From positions 2,790,001 through 2,854,000 of the forward strand of contig CM074804.1 in assembly GCA_037447605.1 (NCBI GenBank): a DNA stretch of 64,000 nucleotides, read 5' to 3'. The notes beneath the pieces are model-generated. The model ran no database searches and was not told the DNA's origin. It saw only the letters and a list, made by a program, of their open reading frames with translations. Of the stretch, positions 32,251 to 43,657 are shown in pieces. Made by a program: the position numbers and the translations under genes. The DNA comes from Zygnema circumcarinatum SAG 698-1b (Eukaryota; Plantae; Zygnematophyceae). Positions within the stretch are counted from its first letter, which is position 1. Every line of letters begins with the position of its first letter.

Positions 32251-32894
32251 TTGTTTAATTCAACCTTAGAAGTGTTGCCTTCTACAGGAGCTCATTGGCT
32301 TGGATGGGAAGTGCACAAGAGTGGTTTGGTTTGGCTTCGGGGCACTAAACCAATCTGTTCGTTGTGGTTTTTGGGCCGGTGGAGAACGCGCCGAACACTG
32401 GCTTTGTGCGCGGAAAAATAACTATTCGGAGCTTCTCGAAAAGTATCAGAGCGAGCAAGTTCGTGGGTTCACGTAACCGACCCTTGAGCTGATACAAACT
32501 ACGACACAGCTTTTAGGTTTGGGCAAGACGGACGACAGTCACAACTTCTTTTGGAAAGTTCAGGCAAGACCCAATTTGGAAGGCAAACGGAGTGTTCACC
32601 GCAGTCCCATAGTAAGAAAAAATGTCCCAATGGGAAGCATCCATGGATGCTCCTTTTTTATTTCACAAAAACATAGGGATGTTTGTGGGGGGGGGTGTAA
32701 GCGGTAGGTTTGCTCGTAATTGGAATATCCTCGAAAACTCTAAAACATTGTTTTCCGAATGGCATGTGCGCCGTCATTAAAAAACGCTCCTAAGCAGACA
32801 CACCCACCGGACCCAATTTGGAGAAAGAGGAGAAACAAAAAAATCCAACAAAGAATTAGATAGAGATTCTCATGTTTCTTTGCTGCCCGCCCGT

Positions 32895-35800
32895 CTACTT
32901 CCTCCGCCCCACCCTCCTCTCGTTCGGGTTCCTCTTCCCTCTCAGCAGCAGGGCCGGACTGCTCCCGTGATTGGTTGCACGGCTTTTCGAGTCCGCCCCA
33001 TGAAACCACGTGTCAAAGTCTGGAGAAAGTACATCCACCTGCGTGCAAAAAAAAAATAATAATAAATTAATTAATTAAAAGTAAATACGTAATGCTAACT
33101 GATGCCCAGTGTTTGAGTAACTCCCACAGTACACTATATATAGTATACTCTCTCTCTCCCTCTCCCTCTCTCTCCCTGAGAAAACCTGCATGGTTGTCAT
33201 GGTTTTCCATACTGTCGTTGGAGGCAAAGACCTAAACGCGAACTATGACAACGATGAAGAACATAAGACCAAAGCACCTATAAAGCACTTCTCAGTACTG
33301 TCCATCCGTCCGTCAGTCCACCCGCCCCGCCCTCCCTCCCTCATCCCCCCTTCTCCCTCCCCCTCCCATCTCTCCTCTCCCCCTCCCTCCGTTCCCTTCC
33401 CCCCCCGGGCCCCCTCTCCCCACTCTCTCCCCCACCCCCCCTTCCCTCCTNNNNNNNNNNCTCCCCCACCCCCCCTTCCCTCCTCCCATCCCCCCCCCCC
33501 CCTCCCCTTCTCTCCCCCCTCCCACCCCCCCTCTCCCTTCCATCCCATCCCCCCTTCCTTCCCCTCCCTCCCTCCTTCCCTCCATTCTCCCCACCCTCCC
33601 GCTTCCCCTCTCTCTCCTCCTTCTCCCTCCCTCTCCCCCACTCCTCCCTCTCTCCCTCTCCCTCCCTGTAAGCTCACCTCCCCCGCCTTCTTTCTATATG
33701 GGCGGTTTGGAAGCTGGTCTTCTCTCAGAACGGGGTTCAGGGCCGCTCCCTCCCGCCCTCCTTTAGGGAGAGGCAGCGAATACTGCCATACACAAAACAA
33801 AACAGACTGTCAAAACCGAGCATGTATGACCGAAGAAAAGAGACAATCTATTGACTTAGACAAAAGAAGAAAAGAGAGTCGGAAGGAGAGCGAGGGCGAG
33901 AGAGGCAGAGAGAAACAGAGAAAGGGAGAGAAAGCGAGAGAGGAATAGAGAGAGAGGGGAGAGAGTGACCCGTGTTCCACGCAGGTTGAAGCGGCGCGGC
34001 ACTCCCGCCTGCAAGGTTCCGTCCTCTCCCACAGTGACGGCCACCCTTCGGAGGGTACCGCCGTTGCCGCAGCTCTGACAAAAGAGGCGGCCCGACTGCC
34101 GGGACACGGCGGCACAGGCGGTACACTTCAGGGCCCACCTGAAGGGAGAGGGAGGGGGAGGATGGGGAGAGGGAGAGTGGGGAGAGAATGTTAGAGGAGT
34201 GGAGGGAGAGGGCGAGGAGGAGAGGGAGATAAAGGAGAGGGAGAGGAGGGCGAGAGGAGAGGAGGGAGAGGGAGAGCAGGGGAAGAGGCTGTTAGAGAGG
34301 ACGAGGGAGACGGAGAGAAGGGAGAGGCTGTGAGGAGATGGACGGGAGAGGAAGTGCAGAGGGAACCTGTTAGAGGAAGGGTGGAGAGGGAGAGGACGTT
34401 AGAAAGGAGTTGAGGGAGAGGAAGAGGAGTGAGAGGCGGTTACAGGAGGGAAGTGGGGGGGGAAACGAGGTGGGACAGGTTAGACGAGGGAAGGAGGACG
34501 AGGGAGCTGGGAGAGTGGCTGTGAGGAGGCGGAGGGGAAGGAGAGGAAAAGTACCCTACGACGAAGAACCAACATTTAACAAGTTTATAAAACTCCACAC
34601 CTGTGCAGCTCTCTTATGCGAACTCCGTCGACAGAAACGAGGCGCAACCCCATTTGGATTATGACGTTCTGCATTGCAAAATCTGAAGTCATAATCGCCA
34701 CTGAAGACTCCCACAAAGGCTGTAAGTTCCAGCTGGCTTCACTCTCGTCTTCCCCTCCCTCTCCCTCGTGAGAGACTACCCCCTCCGACACACTCACATG
34801 CTCTCCCTCCCCATCCAGCTCTTCTCGCTCTCTCTCATCGTCCTCTATCTGCATAAGTCCCCCTGTGATTCCTGCTTCCATATCTCCTTCTACTCCTTCC
34901 ACACCGTCATCTAGATATTCCACTTCTTCAATTTCTTCCTCAAGATGGCCCCCCTCTACGTCGACCTCTGCCACTTCCGTCTCCTCTCTATCTTCCACCC
35001 CACCGCTTCCGATATTTTCGAGCTCTAGCATTCCATCGATCCCCTGTTCTCCTACCATATGGCTCTTTGCTTTCTCCCTCTCCTCCTCTTCGTTTCTGAT
35101 GTCTGTCTGCCCCTCCCCCCCCTCTTTCCTTTCTCCTTCCCTCACTCTCTCCTCTCTCCTAGCTTTCCTTCGCAAGTAGTTCCTCCTTGTAGTCCGACAT
35201 ACCGCCTTCTGCCACTCGTCTCCCTCCCCCTCGCCCTCTTCCTCTCCCTCTCCCTCCTCAGTCGCATCAGCGCGAGAGGCATTAACGCCCACCGCCACAT
35301 TCGACTTCCCTTCCACATTCACAACTACTGGCCCTCTCCCTCTCCCTCTCCCTCTCCCTCCCCAACTCCCCCTCCCTCTCCCCCGCCCCCCCCTACTGCT
35401 CCCCTTCCCCCTCCCTCCACCTCTCCATCCCTCCCCCTTCATTTCCCCTTTCCCCAAACCGCCTTCCACCTTTTCCACGCTCACTCCCTCTTCACCCCCA
35501 TCTCTCTTCTCTCCCTCCTCCCTTTTTTCCCTCCCTCCCTCCCCATCACCAACCTCCTTCTCACCTTCCTCCCGCTTTTCCTTCACACTATCCTCCTTCC
35601 TCTCTCCACTAGCTTTCCACCCCTCTATCTCCGCTAACTCGACCTCCCTCTCTCCCTCCCCGACCAATGGACTCACTCCCAAAATCCTCGAACCTCCAGC
35701 TCCTCTCCCTCCTCTCCCTGCTCTCCCACCTCTCCCTCCCCTCCTCCCCCCTCCTCCTCTCTCTCCCTCTCCACCCTTTCTCGTCCCATCGTCCCCCACT

Positions 35801-36797
35801 TCATCAATTTCGGTCCACTCCTCAGGGTTTGCCACGTGGCCCCACCCTGGCGGATTTTTCAAGTTTCTAACAAGTTTCTTTGTGACAACCGTTGGAGGCG
35901 GCTGTTTACGGAGATGGGCGGTTCCATGCGCCTCCTCCTCCAGCGTATACGCGAGCGCCATCAGTTTCACATCCGCAGACGAGAGAGAGTGCAGGTCCCC
36001 GGTTGCTCTTGAAAATCGCATCACTGCAAAAAGCAGAGGAAAACAACAAATGGATTCATCGATTAAATAAATAATTGCCTGATAAATGAAATAAACGTGA
36101 AAAAAAAGAGGGAGATTAAAAAAACGTACGAAACCCCCACTGCGTAACTAATGAGTACGTATGGAAAGAAAGAAAAGAACAACCTAAAAATGAAATTGTA
36201 CGTGACACGACATTACGTGAATTGGTAGTGAAGAAGCATTTAAAATGGACCCAAAACCCTACAAGCTAAAACCCTAAACCCAAACCCTGAATTTCAAAAC
36301 CCACCCGCCCTCAGCGCCTCCTCCGACGGCTCTTCCACCTCCACCGAGTACGGAAGGACGGCCATCCGCCGCCTCGCCTCCTCGTCCTTCACCTCCGCCA
36401 AAACCTCCGCAATCGTCACCACCCTCCCTAAAACCCTAAACCCTAAACCCTGCAAAACCGTGCCCTTGATAATCGCATTCGCATCAATGACCACAACCCT
36501 AATTTCCGCCTTCCCACCGCCCGCACGTGCGTCCAGCTCTGTGAATTCGCGGCCCTGAACCCTCTCTTTCTCATCTGCAAAGTCTTCAATTTTCGGAGCT
36601 TCCAAAGAGGCGCCATGGCCGCTCTCAGAGGCTGCGGAGGAGCCACGTGGCGGAGGAGGAAGAGGAGGAGGGTCGGTTCGCAGCGCCTGAGTGAAGGAGA
36701 GAGGGGCGCGGGTAGGGGGCCTTGGAGGCTCCAGCGGGAGGGAGGGAGAGGAGGAGGGAGTCGACAGGGGAGGGAAGGCGGAGGCGTCCATGGCCAT
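32895..36797 (-). CDS. NOB1: NOB1 20S pre-rRNA endonuclease (PIN domain + Zn ribbon)
   Basis: VVVIDANAII..VTIAEVLAEVKD; TGDLHSLSSADVKLMALAYTLE; TSDFAMQNVIIQMGLRL; FCQSCGNGGTLRRVAV; NLRGTR; PVLREDQL; C-terminal GKRNPNERR. Confidence 0.95.
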
Positions 36798-36903
36798 GGC
36801 GCCCAGAGCTCTGAGGAGAGAGTGCGAGGGGGGGAGGCTGGGTAAGAAAGGGAAAAAGAAATAAAAATTGTAAATAAATTAATGAAAGATCCTCTGTCGT
36901 GCA

Positions 36904-36975
36904 GGGTGTTTGGTCTAGTGGTATGATTCTCGCTTCGGGTGCGAGAGGTCCCGAGTTCGATTCTCGGAACACCCC
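36904..36975 (+). tRNA. tRNA-Pro: tRNA-Pro(CGG)
   Basis: 72 nt. Acceptor stem GGGTGTT/AACACCC, anticodon arm CTCGC-TTCGGGT-GCGAG, T arm CCGAG-TTCGATT-CTCGG, followed by a downstream T-run. Confidence 0.97.
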
Positions 36976-38448
36976 TCAAAATCCCCCCAGCACAACACTT
37001 TTTGTCATATTTCGGGTTTTTCCAGACTCTCTCTACGCCTCTCCGAACGGCAAGAACAGTTCGCACTCATCGGAAGCACTCACCCAAGTTAGGGGCGCTT
37101 AGCCCCGCTTCAGGTTTTCAAAATTCAACTTTTGTTAATTTTATTTTATGCTGAAAGAGGGCTTATCCCCCCTCAGCAAAAATCTTGGATCCGCCACTGG
37201 CGAGGAGCGAGTAGAGAATGCCATCAGTGGACATCACAGATAAAGGTAGCGATAGCTGGATGATATATATTCTATTGATATTGGCTTCCAACTTGTAAGC
37301 GAGTCCACTCTATCGACACGCCCATGCACATAGTGCTCTTGAGCATGCGTGATGGTGATCGATCAGAGAGACCACTGGTTTTTCTCGCACATTAAATGAA
37401 ATTATTTTGCTACTATTAATGAAAATGAGTTCATGAATGGAAAGGAGAAGGGTAGCCTTTCGCCCACTCGGACTCGTCCTCATCCTCAATCTTAAGTCCT
37501 TGCTTTCACTGTTCAACTTGTTTGACCCGACTCTGACCGCCGTACTCAGACCAGTCGTAGCACGCGGAGGATCGAGCCCTTAGTTCAATCAAGTTCAACA
37601 ACCGCAGTCTCTTTTGCCCTAATGGCTTGCAGTTCAAGGTCTTGTGAGCAGGTCAACAAACCCTGAAACAGGATAAATTGGCGCATCTTCAAGAAAGCAT
37701 GGCAATGGGCAGGGAGATTCGAACCACGAGGAAGCCTAAAGTAGGAAAGCAGCATGCGGTGTATGCAGATTTGAAACATGGTCATATCAGTACATATTAT
37801 AGATAGATAAAGGTATGTGGCCATGCCCCTGTACATACCCATACATGGGTGGCCAATCCAGCACACAAATTGAAATACGTAATCATTTGGGGAGAACAGG
37901 GACATTTCATCAGCTGCACATACTGCAATAAATGACACGCGATCATTGAAGACCATGGCAGATGTATGCATGTGACATATAAATACCTCATCGCAATTAG
38001 AGACAGGTTATCACCTTATGGAGAATTACCTTCTCTTTTCTCCATAAATCTTCCTCGAAGCATATACAGAACCATCCTTTTGAGACTCTCAGAACACTCT
38101 TAACTTTTCAGGGTTTCTCACCATTCTGAAGTTTCTCAGGTTTCTAAAGGACAAAGGCCTACAGGGAAAGTGAGTCTAATATTTCTTCCATGAACACTTG
38201 AGATACCTAAAAGTTCTAATCAACAATTCTAATTGTCTAAAAACGCTCTGCTGTACACAATCTCCCTCACCCCCATTCTCGTTTCTCCTTTGATTCCAAA
38301 CCCTAATTTTCGAACAACCACATCTCCATCTTTCCCCTCTCATACCTCCCTTCCCCAAACCCTCATCTCCAAATAAACGCACACTTCTCAAAACCCTGAA
38401 TGTCCACCCTAAAGCCCCTTCATGCTCCTTAAATCCCTGAGAACCAGA

Positions 38449-38757
38449 TCAGGACCGCTTCCTCCCCGCCCCCTTCTCCTTCCTCGCGCCTCGCGAAGGC
38501 GCCGAAGCAGAAGCCGCAGCCGCAGCCGGAGCCGGAGCCTGCGGAGGCCTGGCAGGCTGCCAAGACAGCGGATGCTGGTTGAAGTAGGACCAATCAGGAA
38601 GCGCCACGACCATGGTCAGTACGGAGCCGCCCAGAAAGAGCAGCATCATTGTGCGGTATGATTGGAGGAGGTAGCCGGCGAAGAAGGCGACAAAGGCAGA
38701 GGCGACGATCGTCCATTGCATCAGCTGCTCGGAGAGCTTCTGGCCCTGCCAGTCCAT
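38449..38757 (-). CDS. SPCS1: Signal peptidase complex subunit 1 (SPC12); intronless CDS, probable 5'UTR intron
   Basis: MDWQGQKLSEQLMQ, two hydrophobic segments, then LPDWSYFNQHPLSW. Confidence 0.93.
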   Translation of the reverse strand: MDWQGQKLSEQLMQWTIVASAFVAFFAGYLLQSYRTMMLLFLGGSVLTMVVALPDWSYFNQHPLSWQPARPPQAPAPAAAAASASAPSRGARKEKGAGRKRS

Positions 38758-39497
38758 GGCGGAGGGAAGGAGGAAGGAGGAAGAGTGGGGGGTGGCGATG
38801 GAGGGGGGGGAAGAGTGAGGGAGGGACGGGGGATGCTTGATACCCTGAATTACTTTATGAGGGAGGCGAGAGAGGAGAGAGTGAGTGGGATGGGGGAAGG
38901 AGAGGGAAGCGGAGGGCGTGAGTGTGGGGAGGGGAAAATAGAGGGAGATAAGGGGGAGAGGGAGAGCGGAGGAGAAAGTTAAGAGAGAAGGGGGAGAGTG
39001 GAGGACAGATGGGTAGTCGCGGCGGTGGGTAGAGAGAGAAAATGGCAGGTGGAGAGGGACAGCCCGGGAACCAGAAGTCGAAGGACAGGCAGAAGGCGGA
39101 GTTATCAGCGGCGAGGAGCGAGAGGCGAAGGGCCGGACAGGGCGGGGGCCCTCCACGCAGCGCAGCGCTGACGGGAGCAGGGACGTGCACCGGCTCGACC
39201 CTTCGGGCACACTTAACTTTTTTAGTTGAGGGAGGGAGGACTGCAGACAGAGACCAAAGTGGTTTGTTCGTACAAGCAGCTTGTCAACTCGTTTGACATT
39301 TTTTCCTTCACAATTGTTGGCTGTTGTTGATCACGCTCAGCACGCTTGACGCATAGTCGACATTTTTCGATTAAGTCAAACGCAGGCCGTGGGGCAAACT
39401 AAGCATAAACGTGTAGGAATGCTTTGTTTGCTTTGTTTGTTTGTTCCATCCCTGCGTTTTGAAGGAATTTAAGCATCCACTAGATGGAGGGGTAAAA

Positions 39498-39630
39498 ATG
39501 TGGCATTGCTCTCACGATGGCGATGCCATCAAATGTACGTGGACAAAATCGTCATAAGAAGCCACAAGGAAGTGGCCACAAACGACCTAAGGTCACAAGA
39601 AAAAAGCGAGGCCTAGGCTCGACAACGCGG
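39498..39630 (+). repeat. Dispersed intergenic repeat, copy 2
   Basis: ATGTGGCATTGCTCTCACGATGGCGATGCCATCAAATGTACGTGGACAAAATC, then CTAAGG..AAGAAAAAAGC shared with copy 3. Confidence 0.8.
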
Positions 39631-39779
39631 CCGTAGAAGCAGCTACGAAGCTCGCCAGTACACAGCACGTTTCTTTTTCTTTTTCGAAAGAGAATAACGA
39701 GTGCCTGCCAAAACTTTAACTTGCTTGCCTTTCATGCTACAAATGAAAATGAAAAAGAGATGTGCTGGGGGGATTTTGA

Positions 39780-39851
39780 GGGGTGTTCCGAGAATCGAAC
39801 TCGGGACCTCTCGCACCCGAAGCGAGAATCATACCACTAGACCAAACACCC
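39780..39851 (-). tRNA. tRNA-Pro: tRNA-Pro(CGG), identical to the copy at 36904
   Basis: Exact reverse complement of 36904-36975. Confidence 0.97.
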
Positions 39852-40335
39852 TGCACAATCCCACTTGTTGCTTTAACAAATATATTACTTTACCACACTT
39901 TTCTTTATCCATAGTATATCATTTTCGAATTCTTTTGTGGCTTACGATATATAGACATTTCATCACGGTATTAAGTCCCTCTTTAATACCACGAAATTCA
40001 TCCCAAACATTTGGCCGCGCCATTTTTATTGGAAAAGTAATAGACTCCCACCAATCGTAAACAGTACAAATGCCATCCCTGCCAGTCGGCGGGCCCATCT
40101 CTTTCTCCCACATTCCCTACAGCCGCCTGCACTACCTAAGGTACAGCATCCGCAATCACTCCTCTACCACATATCCTACTTTTGTAAAGCTCCTAATTCT
40201 GCCGATCTTTCCTTTGTTTCAGTCAAAACTTGAATAGATAACTTGAGCTATAACTCTCTTCTCTTCCTCCCCGCCCTCTCTATCTCTACCACATCTCCCT
40301 GTCCCCCTCTCTCTCTCTCTCTCTCCCTCTCCCTC

Positions 40336-43300
40336 TCACATCGTGATTCCGGGCACAGAGGGGATGCGGCTCCCCGACTTCCTGGTCTTCTCCACCACAA
40401 TGGCCTGCGTGGTGAGCACCATTCCTGCCACCGAGGCAGCGTTCTGCATCGCGCACCGGGTCACCTTGGCGGGGTCGATCACACCTAAAAGGAAGAAGAG
40501 GGAAGGGGGGGGAGAGAATCGAGTGAGATAGGGGGAGGTTAGGGATTCCTACCTTCAATAGACAAATTAAACGGCCAAACCCTGGAATCCTACTCAGACT
40601 CCTAACCCTAGGGTTCAGGAGGCTTCCAGCAACTTTCCGCAACCCTCACTGTTCAGGACCATATTTCAAGTTAAAGTTTCAACAAAGCCGCATGCCATAC
40701 CAGTTGCCAGTAGGTCCTCGAACTTGTCCGTCATGGCGTTGTAGCCCATCTCCCATGAACTCTCCAGAATCTTCTCTACTACTACCGCTCCCTCCACTCC
40801 CGCATTCTGCGCAATGAGAGATGCAGGAGCCAAAAGCGCCTGCAGCAAAACACAAAAAAAACAAGGATTAGAAATAAAGTAAGATGAAACTGTATGAAAG
40901 AATGCCTGTCTGCCAATCAAAGCAAAAGAAAAAGTGAAACCCAAGTCAAGCTACGGATGAGTGGAAGCTCACCTTCTCAACAATGGTCGCTCCGATCTTC
41001 TCTTCCGGATCAACGAGAGAGTCCCTAATAGCAGACACAAAGGTTGACAAGTGGACCATTGCTGCGCCGCCACCTGGAACAATGCCCTCCTCAATAGCGG
41101 CAAATGTGGCATTTTTCGCATCCTCAATTCTCAATTTCCTGTCCTCAAGCTCCGTCTCAGTAGCAGCTCCAACCTGCACATGTAACAGTCCGTCAACTGA
41201 CATCAGCGAACCACTTATTTCTAAAACGAATGAACTACGTTGACTGCCCATCAATTCTAAACAACTATTCAAAAACCACTTCGACTGAAATGTAGATTTC
41301 TCCAACATTATCTCTCCCCTGCGTCGTCTTCTCTCACCCACGCCAACTCTAAGCAACTCCTTCGATACCCAAAAAATACCCCTTACCCCTACCCTAATCC
41401 TCGCCATACATAGTCCTAACCCTAACTTCTTAAAAGGAAACCACCGACATACACCACCCTTACCTTGATCACAGCCACACCTCCGGACAACTTAGCGATT
41501 CGCTCCGAAAGCTTCTCCGAGTCGTAGACAGAGTCTGTCTCAGAAAGCTCCTTCTTGAGCTGTGCTATGCGAGCCTGAATTTCGTCTTTAGTGGCGGCGT
41601 CAGCAATGAAAGTGGTGGAGTTGTTTGTGATTGTCAGCTTGCGAACTGTTCCGAGCTGGTCAATGGTTGCGTTCTCTATTTTGAGGCCCAAGTCGCTGGC
41701 AATGAACTCCGCACCTGCATTAACAAGGACAAATTGTCTATGAGCAATCGAATGCTTCTTCTGTGTATGTGTAGTTTTTTAAGCTTCACAGGTACATTGT
41801 ATTGCAAGTTTCAAGTTTCAGCCGCAGAATCGAAATCCAAGCGCTTGCAGTCCTGGTAGAGGTCGGAAGATAGAAACGACTCAAAGGGGAACCATAAACA
41901 GACCGGCAAAAGCTAACCTAACAAGTGATCCCAACGGCGAACAACCCAACGAAATTCTGAAAAAACGTCAAACCCAAAAAAGGTTGACCATGAAAGTAAA
42001 CACCAGAAAAGGTAACCCCACAAAAAACCCCCAAAGACCAGCCTAGGGAGAAAGTTGCAACAAACGGACGCCCTAAAGATACCGCGAGGTCGTTACCGGT
42101 CAAGATGGCGATGTCCTGCAGCAGCGCCTTCCGCCTCTCCCCGAATCCTGGCGCCTTTATCGCCGCCACCTGGAGGACCCCCCGCAGCTTGTTCACCACC
42201 AGCGTGGCGAGCGCCTCGCCCGCCACGTCCTCCGCCACGATGAGCAGCGGCACGCTGAGCTGACTCGTCTTCTCGAGGACGGGCACGATGTCGCGGATGG
42301 ACGAGATCTTCTGGTCCGTCACGATCACGCGCGCGTTCTCGAACTCCACCACCTGCTTCTCCTGGTTCGTCACGAACTGCGGGGAGATGTACCCGCGGTC
42401 GATCTGCGGGAAACAGGAATGTCGGGGAGAAGGGAGGGTTATAGCATCTGCATCCCTCTCTCTCTCTCTCGCTCTCGCTCAATCTACACCATTTCAGCCA
42501 GCTGTCTATGTCAAAGGTTTCTTTCTTTGCATTCCCGCACGCTTGCTAGGCCCATTTTTCGGCTCTTCGCTTCTATTCTCTTCCCTCTCGCTTAAGTGTC
42601 ACAAAAAAAAATCACAAAAAAAATCACCAAACTTGGACTATCGGACATGGATATTGCACTTCTGCCTCGCTTGAGTCGGCTCGGCTCAAGCTCAGCTCGG
42701 GCGAGCCGAACAGAATCTAGCTCAATTTGCGTGCGTGCAGGCTCGTGTCAGATTGGAGTCGTTTCATATTAGTTCGGCTCGGTTCGCCACTCGTTGACCC
42801 AAGCCCATGCAAGCCGAATTGGAGCCAGGACAGAAAAATATCATACGCGTCCAATTTGGCTCCAATTCGGCTCGCGAGCCTGCGAGAAGCGAAGGATACA
42901 GAGCCTGCACGAAGCGACTCCGGCCCGACACGAGCCTGTACAGACACGAGCCGAGGCAGATCCTGCTCGAGCAACCCAGGCACTGCTCGAAGGCGAGCCT
43001 GCTCCAGCTTGACTCAACTTGAGCAATTCTCACCCCGACCTACCTCCCACCCGCCTGTCACGCTTCCTTCTCTTTTCTCATGCCTTCTCCCTCACTCCGA
43101 ATATCTTCCCCGCCCTCTTCTCCGTGTCCGCATTCCCAGCCCCCCTTCCCTTTTATCCTGTATCTACCTCCCACCCACCAATCCTCTCTACCCACCCCCG
43201 CTCATCAGTGCTCCCTCCTCACCTCCATGCCCTCCTCCACCTCCACTGTTGTCTCGAAGGAGGAGGATGACTCAATCGAGAGAACACCATCTGCTCCCAC

Positions 43301-43563
43301 TTTATCGATAGCATCCGCAATCATCGTTCCGACAAATTCATCATTTCCCGCAGAAATCGTCGCAACAGCTGTATATATACAGACACCAAAAAAAACACCA
43401 ACAGTGTCAGGAGTTTGCAGTCTTTCTTTCATTAAGGCCTCAGTCATCCCGAAAGTAAGAAAAAACTGCAGTCATAGAGAGTGCAATATCCACGTTCAAA
43501 TGTCCAAACTTTTGTGAAATTTAATGTTCGCAAGGGGGGAGAGAGGGAGAGAAAGAGAGAGAG

Positions 43564-43657
<94 letters not shown>

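Noticed and set aside
37700-37735. GTTCGAATC T-loop-like motif on the minus strand (also GGTTCGAACC at ~61393)
   Set aside because: No A-box, acceptor stem or anticodon arm could be built
37310-37991. Short minus-strand ORFs between tRNA-Pro and SPCS1
   Set aside because: No coherent spliced model or recognisable protein; may be SPCS1 3' flank
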